NCBI GenBank assembly: GCA_963751345.1
Contig: CAVVUS010000023.1
Location: forward strand, 160,001-224,000
Length of the DNA: 64,000 nucleotides
Source of the DNA: an uncultured Chloroflexia bacterium
Lineage (GTDB): Bacteria > Chloroflexota > Anaerolineae > B4-G1 > SLSP01
Direction: 5' to 3'
Part shown: one piece after another, positions 40,624-50,919 of the stretch
Layout: each line of letters begins with the position of its first letter
How positions within the stretch are numbered: position 1 is the first letter of the stretch
Translations under genes and position numbers: made by a program
The notes under the pieces: model-generated
Databases searched by the model: none
Seen by the model: the letters and a program-made list of their open reading frames with translations, nothing else
What the model was told of the DNA's origin: nothing

Positions 40624-41064
40624 CTATGGCCGTCCGCTTTCCAGCAGCCGCTTCAGGGAGACCAGGTCAGACTGAAACTGGCGTTCCGCCTGCCGGCTGG
40701 CCATGCGCTCCATCAACCGGTAGGTACCGCCCAGTTCGACCTGGACCTCAAGTACCAGGAGTGTGCCGCTCCCCTGCGGACTGAGCTTGACTGTCATCTC
40801 GATCAGGGCCGGGCCGCCGATCGCTCTTGACTTCGACTCGTTCGGCGGGTCCCAGCGCGTGATCTCGACCGCGGCCTCAACGCTTCGACCTACGAGGCTT
40901 GCCACCATCTTGAGTGTCGACCCGACGCCATGAGGAGGCTCGGACGTCCATTCAAAGACCTCGACGCCAGTCTGCCACCGAGGATTGTTGGCGGGGGTCG
41001 TCACGAAGTCGAATACGTCCTCTGGGGACCGGTTGATGTACGTGCTTGCCTCAAATGCGAACAC
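40624..41064 (-). CDS. SRPBCC/polyketide cyclase family protein
   Basis: INRSPEDVFDFV..NNPRWQ..GVGS; DLVSLKRLLE; AAGGAG RBS before GTG. Confidence 0.8.
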   Translation of the reverse strand: MFAFEASTYINRSPEDVFDFVTTPANNPRWQTGVEVFEWTSEPPHGVGSTLKMVASLVGRSVEAAVEITRWDPPNESKSRAIGGPALIEMTVKLSPQGSGTLLVLEVQVELGGTYRLMERMASRQAERQFQSDLVSLKRLLESGRP

Positions 41065-41528
41065 TGTGCTTGCTCCTTTCGCCTTCCGCGGTCGCCACCC
41101 GCGTTGTTGGGCGCACCTACGATGTCTGCGGGAGCGAGGATCTGAGGAAATCCGGCCAGGGGTGCTCAATACCACCTCCCGGACCCGGCGGGCGGGGCGT
41201 TCAAGACGCTCGCCGGATGCGTACCAACGTCATCGGGATGATCGGCATCTCTTGTTGCCTCGTTTCCTGCGCGCCACTGCTCATCACCGTAACGCTTTCA
41301 TCGGCTGTTGCCTCAGTATAGGCTACGTGGCGATCGGCGCCAATGTGTGGTTCTGTGGAGTGATATTCCCACGTAGCACCAACTCTTGACCTTCCCCCGT
41401 CGCCTCGATATACTCCCTCCACACGCGATCGACACGCGGAACTCGGTCTCTCATCCAGTCATCGCCGGTCGTCACTCTTTCGTGCGGCGCGTTGCACGTG
41501 TCGTTACCCTGTTCTATCGAGGTCTCTT

Positions 41529-42266
41529 ATGTACATCAAGTGTCTATCCTGTGAGGCGCTGGCGCGCCTCGTCTATCTGTCGGCGGCGCGGTCCCCGCAT
41601 ACCGTGGATGTGGAGCTTTTCCGGCTGGGGTGGCACAGCAACCCGCCGGACCTGCGGACGCGGCTGCAGGCCGCCATCGATGCGGCAGCCGAGGATCCCG
41701 AGCGCCACTACGACGCCGTGGTGTTGGCCTATGGGCTCTGCGGAAAGTCGACGGCGGGGCTGGTCGCGAAGGGCGTGCCGCTGGTCATGCCGCGGGCACA
41801 CGACTGCATCACGCTTTTCCTCGGCGGGCGCGCGCGTTACCAGCGGGAGTTCACGGCGAACCCCGGCACGTATTGGTACGTGCAGGACTACGTCGAGCGC
41901 AACGGCGGCAAGACGGCGCTCTCGCTCGGGGCGGAAGGCTACGATGACGTGGCCTCGATGTATGATGAGTATGTCAAGAAGTATGGGACGGACAACGCCG
42001 ATTACCTGATGGAGGTGATGGGCGCGTGGCAAGCGCACTACAACCGCGCGGCCTATATCGATATGGGTGTGGCGGACGGCGCTAAGGTGGAGGTCGAGAC
42101 CCAGGACGAGGCAGCCCGGCGCGGGTGGACATTCGAACGGATGGCGGGTGATCTCGTCCTTATCAAGCGCTTGCTCGACGGCGATTGGGACGACGACTTC
42201 CTGGTGCTCCAGCCCGGCACGGCAGTGAAGATGGTCTACGACGAGCGCGTCGTCGCCTGCGAGTGA
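41529..42266 (+). CDS. DUF1638 domain protein
   Basis: CLSCEAL, GWHSNP..LQAAID, YGLCG, PRAHDCITLFLG, PGTYWY; TTGACC-17-TATACT promoter at 41386-41414. Confidence 0.8.
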   Translation: MYIKCLSCEALARLVYLSAARSPHTVDVELFRLGWHSNPPDLRTRLQAAIDAAAEDPERHYDAVVLAYGLCGKSTAGLVAKGVPLVMPRAHDCITLFLGGRARYQREFTANPGTYWYVQDYVERNGGKTALSLGAEGYDDVASMYDEYVKKYGTDNADYLMEVMGAWQAHYNRAAYIDMGVADGAKVEVETQDEAARRGWTFERMAGDLVLIKRLLDGDWDDDFLVLQPGTAVKMVYDERVVACE

Positions 42267-42342
42267 TGCTCGTGAGCGCTGAGCCCTGCGAAGGCAACCC
42301 AGGCCCAGCTCGGGCCGGAGCCTTCGCCAGGTCTCCGACCCG

Positions 42343-43033
42343 ATGATCAACACCTACAACGAGAAGTCGCTCCACGCCGCGCTGAAGGTGTGGTACGCGG
42401 GTGAGGAGGGACGAACCGAGGTGCCGGTCGACGGCTACATCGTCGACGTTGTGCTGGGGGAGCAGTTGATCGAGATCCAGACGGCGAGCTTTGCTTCCGA
42501 TCAAGCAGAAACTCCAGGCGCTTTCTGAAGCGCACCAGGTCCTGTTGGTCTACCCTATCGCGCGGGAAAAGTGGGTCGTGCGGCTGCCGGGGGAGGGTGC
42601 GCCGGTCGCGGTGCGGTCCCGGCGCAAATCCCCACGACGCGGCTCGGTCCTGGACCTATTCCCGGAGCTGGTCAGCTTTCCGGGGCTCGTCACGAACGCG
42701 AACTTCGCCGTGGAGATTGCCTTCACCCAGGAGGACGAATTGCGGCGCTATGACAAGCGTCGCGGCTGGCGCCGGCACGGATGGGTGCCCGACGACCGCG
42801 AGCTGCTGGACGTGGTAGAATGCCGGCGCTTCGGCGGGCCGGGGGACTTCGCTCCGCTGATCCCGGATGGGCTTCCACGGCAGTTCACCACGGCGGATGT
42901 GGCACGCGCAACGGGCCGGGCGCGGCGGTTTGGCCAGCAGATGGCCTATTGCTTGCGGGAGATGGGTCTGATCGACGCCGTGGGGTTCCGGAGCCGGTCC
43001 GTCCTCTACGAGCGGGGTGGGGGGGCGCTGTAG
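42343..43033 (+). CDS. Conserved hypothetical protein, possibly PD-(D/E)XK-fold (frameshift near 42490)
   Basis: INTYNEKSLHAALKVWY..VDGYIVDV..LIEIQT; C-terminal HTH-like FTTADVARA. Confidence 0.65.
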
Positions 43034-43035
43034 GG

Positions 43036-43689
43036 ATGGGCGTGCTCACGCTTCCTGCCGCCCGCCGGCTGCTTCGGGTCGCAGAGGCGATATCTGGCGA
43101 GGATCCAGTCGCTGCCTATCTGTGTGCGTGGGCGGCGTTCGATCATGCGGTCGGCGTGCTGGCCGCGAGGGCGGGCGTCCGGGCGCAGTTTGGCCTGCGC
43201 AAGAACGGTACGCTCCGCACCCATACGGTGGGGGGCGCCAAGATGCCTGAGGTCAGCCTGCCGGCACCCGAGCAGCAGCGCGCTGCTGCGCTGCACGCCC
43301 TTACGCTGGAGGCTCGCGATCGTCTCATCCGCCACCCCGCCGCCGCTGCGCTGGCCCACCGTGTGCCCACGCTGAACGGCCGGCTGGTGGCGTATGACAG
43401 CCGCAAGCAGCGGTTGACCGGCGTATTGGATGTCCCCGCCACGCTCGATCCGCGCTTCCCTGTCTGGGCGCCCATCGATGGCGCAGCCCTTCGGGCGTGG
43501 ACCGGCGGAGTACGGGATGCAGCGAAACGCGACGACCTGGTTGGGCAAATCGTCGCGGTCCTGGAGACGATCCATCGGGACCTGCGGCTTGCCGCAGGTC
43601 CCGATGAGGGTGAAGCCAACGTCGATCTCGCCAAGAGCGCGTTGCCACTGCTCGTGCTGTTGGTGGAGGCCTTGCTGGAAGGCTCTTGA
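43036..43689 (+). CDS. Hypothetical protein
   Basis: ATG 3 nt after the previous stop; helical protein-like ORF. Confidence 0.55.
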   Translation: MGVLTLPAARRLLRVAEAISGEDPVAAYLCAWAAFDHAVGVLAARAGVRAQFGLRKNGTLRTHTVGGAKMPEVSLPAPEQQRAAALHALTLEARDRLIRHPAAAALAHRVPTLNGRLVAYDSRKQRLTGVLDVPATLDPRFPVWAPIDGAALRAWTGGVRDAAKRDDLVGQIVAVLETIHRDLRLAAGPDEGEANVDLAKSALPLLVLLVEALLEGS

Positions 43690-43773
43690 GCCCGTGTCCC
43701 AGAGACTTTTGGGGTCTCTTCGGCCAACAGATGTCTGCCGGACAAAGGCCCCAAAGGTCCTTTCTGTCAGCCG

Positions 43774-44658
43774 CTATCCCTCGGTCTTCGTCAGTGCCTC
43801 GTCCGCGTAGCTGACGAAGGGCTTGAGCATATTGATGAGTTCGACTGGGATTACGAACTTGGTCGCCGCGCTGGCCCCAATCGCCTTGAGGGCATCCAGA
43901 TACTGCAGGCTCATCGTCCGTGCGTCGATGCCCTTGGCAGCGTTGAAGATCGTCTGCAGCGCGAGCGCGTAGCCCTCGGCGGCCAGGATCTGCGACTGCC
44001 GGTTACCCTCCGCCCGGAGGATCACCGACTGCTTATCGCCCTCTGCCACCGTGATCGTGGCCTGCTTCTTGCCATCGGCCTCGGTGACGACCGCACGGCG
44101 TGTCCGCTCGGCCGACATCTGCCGGGTCATTGCCTCCTGGATCTCGCGCGGTGGCAGGATTTCGCGGATCTCGACAGCGGTCACCTTGTTACCCCACCGC
44201 TCGGTCACCTCGTCGAGCTTGGTGCGCAGGACGGTGTTGATGTGCTCGCGCTGGGCGAGGACGTCGTCGAGCATGATGTCACCGATGACGGCGCGCAGCG
44301 TCGTCGTCGCGATTCCCTGTGAGGCCCCCGCGAAGTTCTGCACCTGGATGACGCTCGCCACCGGATCCGCCACCTGCCAGTAGATCAGGAAATCCACCGA
44401 GATGTTGGCATTGTCCTTGGTGATGGTCGTCTGATGCGGTACCTCCAGGTACTTCTCCCGCAGGTCGACCCAGGTCGCCCGATCGACCAGGGGAATCAGG
44501 AATACCAGTCCAGGGCCGCGCTGGCCTATGCACCTCCCGAGCCTGAAGACGACCAGGCGCTGGTACTCGCGCACCACCTTGATCGCCACAAACAGGAGGA
44601 TGACGACAACCAGCACAATAAAGAAGCCCAAACTCCAGAACGCTGCTAATCCGCTCAT
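43774..44658 (-). CDS. SPFH/Band-7 (stomatin-like) protein
   Basis: VVREYQRLVVFRLG, GPGL, ITKDN, TTLRAVIG, QMSAER. Confidence 0.92.
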   Translation of the reverse strand: MSGLAAFWSLGFFIVLVVVILLFVAIKVVREYQRLVVFRLGRCIGQRGPGLVFLIPLVDRATWVDLREKYLEVPHQTTITKDNANISVDFLIYWQVADPVASVIQVQNFAGASQGIATTTLRAVIGDIMLDDVLAQREHINTVLRTKLDEVTERWGNKVTAVEIREILPPREIQEAMTRQMSAERTRRAVVTEADGKKQATITVAEGDKQSVILRAEGNRQSQILAAEGYALALQTIFNAAKGIDARTMSLQYLDALKAIGASAATKFVIPVELINMLKPFVSYADEALTKTEG

Positions 44659-44696
44659 CTTACGCCTCCGCGTGACCTGACCACGATGCTACTTAC

Positions 44697-46043
44697 CTAC
44701 GACTTGATTACGTTACCCTGATTCGCTCGGACGACGTACAGGCGTAGTCCCTGCACCTCTACGACCCGAACGGCATCGCCCTTGACAATGGGCTCGCCCT
44801 GGGCGATCGCCGTCCAGAGCTGCCCGCCGATCTGCGCCACGCCCTCCGGGCCCAGATCGGATGTCGCTATACCGGTCGCCCCGACAAGCTGTCCCTTGCC
44901 CATCAGTACCGGATAGTTTCGTGCGCGCACGGCAGCTCCCAGAGCGAAGAGGAAGAACGCTACCATGATCACCGCAAGTGCCACGATGAGGACGGGTGAG
45001 ACCGTGACCGCGGGAAACTCGGGCAGGGAGGGGTTGCTGGCCGAGAAGAGCAGGAGAGCGCCGACCACGAAGAGCGCCACCCCACCCGCGGTCAGGATAA
45101 GGCTGTTCACCTTGACGTCGATGATGAACAGCACGACGGAGAGAATGACCAGAATCACCCCGCCCCAGTTCACCGGCAAGCTGCCAAACGTGATGAAAGC
45201 CAGCACCAAGCAGATGCCGCCCGTGACCGCGGGTACGATGGCACCGGGGTTGAAGAGTTCGAGGGCAAGCCCGAACATGCCGACCAGAAGCAGAATCAGG
45301 GCTACGTTGGGATCTACCAGTGTGTGGAAGAACTGCTGCGCCACGTTCATATTGCGGGTGACAACGGGAGCCTGCTGCGTGTGAAGCGTGATCTCACCAG
45401 CGGTAGTCGTGACGGTTCTGCCATCGACCTTGTTGAGCAGATCGTTGAGGTCGGTGGCCATCAGGTCGATGACGTGCAGGTCGAGCGCCTGCTGGGCAGT
45501 AGCGGAGACGCTGCTGCTCACAGCTTCCGTGGCCCACTCAGCATTGCGACCTCGCTCCTGGGCGATATTCTGGATGATGGAGATCGAGAAGTTGGTGATC
45601 TTGGTCTGCTCATCGCTGGGGATGTTCTGCCCCGTCGCGTCCACCGGATGTGCCGCGCCGATCGTCGTGTCGGGCGCCATCGCCGCAATGTTGGCCGCGA
45701 GCGTGATGAAGGTCCCGGCCGATCCGGCCCACGCGCCCGCCGGATAGACGAAAACGATGGTGGGGACGCGGGCGTTGAGCATTCGCGTGGTGATATCCTG
45801 CATCGCGCCGAGCGTGCCGCCCGGCGTGTTGAGGACGATGACGACCGCGCCTGCCCCCACGCTCTGGGCATGGTCGATCTCGTTGCTGATGTAGCGATCG
45901 ACCCACGAGTCGATTGTGCCGTTCACGGTCAGGACGTCGATCTGTTGGGGGGCCTGCGCCCTGGTGGTCGCTGCCAGACTCAGTGTCAGCAGCAGCGCGA
46001 GCGCAAAGCTGCCTGCGATCAGTGTGCTCTTGTGTTTGCCCAT
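44697..46043 (-). CDS. nfeD: NfeD family membrane-bound serine protease (ClpP-class)
   Basis: LNTPGG, VFVYPAGAWAGSAG, TTIGAAHPV, ELFNPG; C-terminal OB domain; canonical nfeD-SPFH pair. Confidence 0.9.
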   Translation of the reverse strand: MGKHKSTLIAGSFALALLLTLSLAATTRAQAPQQIDVLTVNGTIDSWVDRYISNEIDHAQSVGAGAVVIVLNTPGGTLGAMQDITTRMLNARVPTIVFVYPAGAWAGSAGTFITLAANIAAMAPDTTIGAAHPVDATGQNIPSDEQTKITNFSISIIQNIAQERGRNAEWATEAVSSSVSATAQQALDLHVIDLMATDLNDLLNKVDGRTVTTTAGEITLHTQQAPVVTRNMNVAQQFFHTLVDPNVALILLLVGMFGLALELFNPGAIVPAVTGGICLVLAFITFGSLPVNWGGVILVILSVVLFIIDVKVNSLILTAGGVALFVVGALLLFSASNPSLPEFPAVTVSPVLIVALAVIMVAFFLFALGAAVRARNYPVLMGKGQLVGATGIATSDLGPEGVAQIGGQLWTAIAQGEPIVKGDAVRVVEVQGLRLYVVRANQGNVIKS

Positions 46044-46317
46044 GCCACCTCTTCCTCACGCCCTCGGCCATGACCCAGCAGCGATGCGAAGCGTTCCCTC
46101 GTCACGGAGGGTGTCGTCTGCGGCTGGGTGCGGAGGCTTCCCTCGGAAGTGACACCTGACACAGATGAGATTCGGCGGGAGGTCAGGGCTCGGCAACCGC
46201 TACAGAGAATTATACAGCAAATCGCGATCATGGACTGTCAACTTTGCTAGCCGACGCATACGGTCTATAAATGGATGCGAGATGGTTCGTCTCTAGAGGA
46301 AGGAGCGAGATAAGCCG

Positions 46318-48223
46318 ATGCTCAGTGATCGCTACAGTGTCGAGACCCTGAAGTCGATGTTGATTCCACAGGAAGTATGGCAGCCCTATCCGACGGTGGA
46401 GGATCGTGGGGCCTGGCAGAGCCTACCTCCTCACGTGCGGGACTTCTACGTCAGCCGGGCCGGATGGGCGCTTGGCTACGATTGGCCTGCGCTGCCCGCG
46501 ACGCTCTTCCTGGAGTTTCAGCGTACGGGAGACCGGAGCCACTACGAACACGTGAACGATCTGCGTCGTCGTCCGCTGCGCGACCTGGTGTTGGCAGAGG
46601 CGATCGAGGGGAATGGGCGCTTCCTTGATGATATCGCCAATGGCATCTGGACGACGTGCGAGGAGACCTATTGGGGCTATCCCGCACACGTCTACATCCA
46701 GCGGGCCGGCGTCGGACTGCCCGATGTCGAGGAGCCGACGGTGGACCTCTTTGCGGCGGAGACGGCGGCCCAACTTGCCTGGACGCTTTACCTGCTTGGT
46801 GACCGGTTGGACGCCGTATCGCCGCTGATCCGACCGCGCGTACACTACGAGGTCAAGCGCCGCGTATTGGATCCTTGCCTGGAGCGGGATGACTTCTGGT
46901 GGATGGGACTGCAGCCGATCCCCGACCTGGTGAATAACTGGAATCCCTGGATCAACTCCAACTGGATGGCGGCGGTGCTGTTGCTGGAGGAGGATGCGGA
47001 GCGCCGTGGCGCGGCATTGCACAAGATCCTGCGGAGTCTGGACGTCTTCCTCGGGGTCTATGCCGAGGCCGGGGGATGTGACGAAGGACCGGGCTACTGG
47101 GGGCGCGCCGCGGCGTCGCTCTTCGACTGCCTGGATCTGCTCCACAGCGCCACCGGAGGCGGGGTCGATGTCTTTGGCGAGGCGAAGATACGCAATATGG
47201 GGGCATTCATCTACCGGACGCATATCCACGACGACTACTACGTCAACTTCGCGGATGCTTCCGCCCTGAATCGCCCAACTGCGTCGCTGGTCTACCGTTA
47301 CGGAAGGGCCGTGAGGGATGCTGAGATGATGGCCTTCGGCGCGTGGTTGATGGAGGAAGACGCGGGCGACCCCGGCACGCGCGAGGGGAGTCTCGGGCGC
47401 ATCCTGCCGGCGCTCTTCGACCTCCCCGATCCGCCGGGTGCAGCGCCTGGCGCAGCCGCTGCCGCGTGATGCGTGGTTCGACGGCATCGAGGTGATGGTA
47501 GCGCGTGACTCGGGGGGCACGGCGGCCGGCCTCTTTGTGGCTGCCAAGGCAGGGCACAACGCCGAGAGTCACAACCACAACGACGTAGGCAACCTCATCA
47601 TCTACGTCGATGGCAATCCCGTGATCGTGGATGCGGGGGTGGAGACCTACCGGCGTGAGACCTTCAGCCCGCAACGCTATGAGATCTGGACGATGCAGTC
47701 GGCCTACCATACGCTGCTGCCCGCTTTCGTGCACCGCGAGGACGTGGAGCAGCAGGCCGCGGGCGGGAGCATGCCGCCCGCGACGTGGCCTATCGCGGCG
47801 GACGATGCACGCGCGGTCCTTTCGCTCGACCTGGCGGGTGCCTATCCGGCAGGGGCCGGGGTCATCCGCTGGCAGCGCACCGTCACGCTTGTGCGTGGCG
47901 AGGCCGTCACCATTGAGGACGCGTTCGCACTGCGCGACAGCCCATCCCAGATCACGACGGGGTTTCTGACGCCGTGTGACGTCGACGTTGCCGCAGGGAA
48001 GGTGGTGCTCAAGGTCACGTCGTTTGGTCCGCCCGACAACCCGCGGACGACAGGCGCTGGGACGTTGACCTACGATCCGACTGTGTTCGACGTTGGCGTC
48101 GAGCGGATTGGCATTGACGACGCGCGGCTAGGCGGCGTGTGGGGCGATCACCTCAATCGTGTGATCTTCACGGCGATGTCGCCGCCCGCTCAGGGCACGT
48201 GGACCTGGCGGTTCGCCGCGTAG
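46318..48223 (+). CDS. Heparinase II/III-like protein (frameshift near 47430)
   Basis: NNWNPWINSN, GGCDEGPGYW, YVNFADA, GHNAESHNHNDVG, MQSAYH. Confidence 0.8.
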
Positions 48224-48257
48224 CCCCTGCTGCGCGAAGGGGTGCGCCGCTTCTCCT

Positions 48258-48292
48258 CTGTTCCGGGCGGATGCTAAGTCCGCCCGGAACAG
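48258..48292. terminator. Hairpin between convergent genes
   Basis: CTGTTCCGGGCGGA-TGCTAAG-TCCGCCCGGAACAG, 14-bp stem. Confidence 0.65.
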
Positions 48293-48317
48293 GCTTCAAT
48301 ACGTGGTCACCCTCGCT

Positions 48318-48560
48318 CTAGGCTGTGGCCTCACGCATCCAGGCGACGATCTCTCCCTTGGACGGGATGCGCCCCGATGACTTCACGACCTCGTCGATCA
48401 CGAGGCCGGGGGTTATCGACACATCGTAAGCGAGGATCGCGTTCATATCCGTCACTTTGCTAAACGTCGCGTCGATGCCTGCCTCTTCGGCAGCATCGCG
48501 GGCGAGCTGTTCGAGCCGCTTGCACTTGGGGCATCCCTTGCCCAGAATCTTGATATGCAT
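48318..48560 (-). CDS. Small thioredoxin-like redox protein (MTH895/ArsE type)
   Basis: MHIKILGKGCPKCKRLE..TPGLVIDEVVKSSGRIP. Confidence 0.88.
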   Translation of the reverse strand: MHIKILGKGCPKCKRLEQLARDAAEEAGIDATFSKVTDMNAILAYDVSITPGLVIDEVVKSSGRIPSKGEIVAWMREATA

Positions 48561-48589
48561 CCTTGCCTCCTTGGCTATGATTGATATTC

Positions 48590-49945
48590 CTACTTGACGA
48601 CCCACCCGAAGATCAAGCCCGAGAGCGTGCTGAACACGGTGACGAGCGAGACGTACACCGCTGTCTTTTTCCTGCCGACGATGGAGTTGGTGATGAGGAT
48701 CGACTGCAGGCTCAGCTCGGGGTCGGCCAGCAGGTAGGCCAGCAGCGGGCCGCGCTGCATCCCGAGCGACAGGAAGGTCTGCGCGATCGGCACTTCGACA
48801 AGGGTGGGAAAGTACATGACGACGCCGAAGAGCACACCCGCGAGGTTCGCCAGCACGGTATCGTGTCCGGCGATCGACGTGATCCACGCAGCCGGGACGA
48901 TGTTGCGCGCCATTCCGGCCACGAAGACGCCCACGAGGAGCAGTGGGAAGATCTGCTTGACGAACCGCCACATCTCCCAGAGCCATTCCTGGATCTCGTG
49001 CTCTTCGAATCTCGTGGCGGCCATCCACCAGACGGCTGCCACAAACGCGATCTCCGCGATGAGCTTGCCTGTGATACCGATGCTCACGCCCGACGCTAGA
49101 ACGGAGACGCTGAACGAGGCGACGAGGACCGTGAGTGTGATGAGGCTCAGGGCCACGAAGGTCCACGGGTTGTAGCCCTCGTCGACCGTGTTGAGTCCCC
49201 GCCACGCGGTCGCGCCGATGAGGAGCAGGAGGCCGATCAGCACGACCCCGTGCAGGCTCACGCCCTCGATGCCCAGGCTCGGGTTAGGCGGGATGATGCC
49301 ATCAAGCCACGCCTGGAACCCGGAAGCCCAGGACTCACCCACCGTCAGGGTTGCGTAGCTATGGGTGAGCACATTGATCCTAAGCGTGCCAGCGATCAGA
49401 ATCCCAAGCAGAAGCAGGAAGAAGACCCAGATGTGCGAAGGGACCTTGGCCGACGCGTCGAACCCGCCGCCGTTGGTCTCGGCGTCGTGTGCCGCATCAT
49501 CCTTGCGGAAGAACCATGCCATCAGAAGACCGATGCCGACGCCGAAGACGATCGAGAGGACGACGCGCGCGATGGCGATGTCCATGCCTATCGCCACGCC
49601 GGTCAGCGAGATGGCCAGGATGTTGATAGCGGGCCCCACGAAGAGAAAGGTGATGGCAGGACCGAGCCCTGCCCCCTTCTTGTAGATACTGGCGAAGAGC
49701 GGCATGATCGTGCACGAGCAGACGGCAAGGACAAAGCCGCCTAACGCGGATGCCGGATACGAGATCCACTTCGGGGTGGTGCGCCCGAGATAGCGGGTGA
49801 TCGCCTCCTTCGGGATGAGCGCAGCAAGCGCCCCGGCGATGAAGAAGGCAGGGAGCAAACACAAGAGGACGTGGGCTGCGAGGTAGGCGGCCAGGCTGCC
49901 CAACCCGGTCTGCAGCAATGATAGCGCGATGTCGACGAAGTTCAT
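48590..49945 (-). CDS. DUF318/ArsP-type permease
   Basis: HVLLCLLPAFFIAGA, LAVCSCTIMPLF, GAGLGPA, MYFPTLVEVPI. Confidence 0.85.
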   Translation of the reverse strand: MNFVDIALSLLQTGLGSLAAYLAAHVLLCLLPAFFIAGALAALIPKEAITRYLGRTTPKWISYPASALGGFVLAVCSCTIMPLFASIYKKGAGLGPAITFLFVGPAINILAISLTGVAIGMDIAIARVVLSIVFGVGIGLLMAWFFRKDDAAHDAETNGGGFDASAKVPSHIWVFFLLLLGILIAGTLRINVLTHSYATLTVGESWASGFQAWLDGIIPPNPSLGIEGVSLHGVVLIGLLLLIGATAWRGLNTVDEGYNPWTFVALSLITLTVLVASFSVSVLASGVSIGITGKLIAEIAFVAAVWWMAATRFEEHEIQEWLWEMWRFVKQIFPLLLVGVFVAGMARNIVPAAWITSIAGHDTVLANLAGVLFGVVMYFPTLVEVPIAQTFLSLGMQRGPLLAYLLADPELSLQSILITNSIVGRKKTAVYVSLVTVFSTLSGLIFGWVVK

Positions 49946-49974
49946 ACCGCTCCTTGACCCAACCAAATGCGATT

Positions 49975-49994
49975 ATATTCGCAAATGTGAATAT
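49975..49994. promoter_or_regulatory. Putative ArsR-family operator 1
   Basis: ATATTC-GCAAATGT-GAATAT overlapping a minus-strand TATAAT (49977-49972). Confidence 0.65.
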
Positions 49995-50002
49995 GAAAAA
50001 CC

Positions 50003-50027
50003 AAAAAAGGAAGCGGCGTGAGCCGCT
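50003..50027 (-). terminator. Intrinsic terminator after arsR
   Basis: Minus strand AGCGGC-TCAC-GCCGCT-TCC-TTTTTT. Confidence 0.5.
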
Positions 50028-50048
50028 GTGCTGAAGATTTCCTTGCGT

Positions 50049-50429
50049 CTACCCGGCGTTGCACCCGCAGGCGTCGCCGTCGTCAGCGCCATCAGGATCG
50101 ACCAGCGCACAGGTCCCCAGCTCCGCACGGATGACCGTCGCCATCTCCAGCAGCGTGTAGACCTCGGGTCGGCCAATACGATAGTAGGCGTTCCACCCGT
50201 CCTTCCGGTAGCAGACCAGACCCGCCTCGCGAAGCACCGTTAGCTGCTGGGAGACGTACGATTGACGCAACCCCAGATCCTCTTCCAGCTCGCAGACGCA
50301 CCGCTCACCCTCACGCAGGGCTTCGAGGATGGCCATCCGCTTGGGGTGCGCCAATGCCTTGAAGAGCGGAGCCAGGTCTGACGGCGTGACGGTGATCGCT
50401 TCTTCCTGGACCTTATCGAGTAACTCCAT
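50049..50429 (-). CDS. arsR: ArsR/SmtB transcriptional regulator
   Basis: FKALAHPKRMAIL, GERCVCEL, VSQQLTVLREAGLV. Confidence 0.9.
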   Translation of the reverse strand: MELLDKVQEEAITVTPSDLAPLFKALAHPKRMAILEALREGERCVCELEEDLGLRQSYVSQQLTVLREAGLVCYRKDGWNAYYRIGRPEVYTLLEMATVIRAELGTCALVDPDGADDGDACGCNAG

Positions 50430-50919
50430 ATGCCTCCAGTATTACCCTAGGTGGGAATAGAATGGCGCCGGGCCGGCACAGCCTGGCGCAGGAACTGCAA
50501 CCGACCACACAGGCGAAGGGTTCAGCAACTGCAACTTTGCCTTCCTTCGTGGGCGCGAGGGCGTGCGACGCACAGATGCGCAGGCAGCGCCCGCAGCCAT
50601 CGCAGAGATCCTCGTCGACGGTTGGGTACCACGGGATCTGCTCCCGAGGGTGCCCACGCCAGGTGCCGTAGCCGGAGGGTTTGCGCGCGCTACTGCCGTC
50701 GCCCAAAGCGAACACAGCATATTCGCGGCTCAGGGCGGCGCCGTAGACGTCGCGGGCGCCGTACGGGATGTAGTTGTCGCGACCCAATCGAGCGACCAAC
50801 TCGGCGTCGAGCCCATCATCGCCCGGCGCGAATCCCTCACGCTTCAGGGCTGCGAAGACATCATCGAGACCCAAGATACCGACCGGTGACCCGTCCACGA
50901 TGATCTGCCGATGGTTCAA
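50413..50919 (-). CDS. Small N-terminal domain fused to a 2x[4Fe-4S] ferredoxin domain
   Basis: CDGCGRCLRIC and CVVGCSSCARLC; REQIPWYPTVD. Confidence 0.8.
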   Translation of the reverse strand: MNHRQIIVDGSPVGILGLDDVFAALKREGFAPGDDGLDAELVARLGRDNYIPYGARDVYGAALSREYAVFALGDGSSARKPSGYGTWRGHPREQIPWYPTVDEDLCDGCGRCLRICASHALAPTKEGKVAVAEPFACVVGCSSCARLCRPGAILFPPRVILEAYGVTR

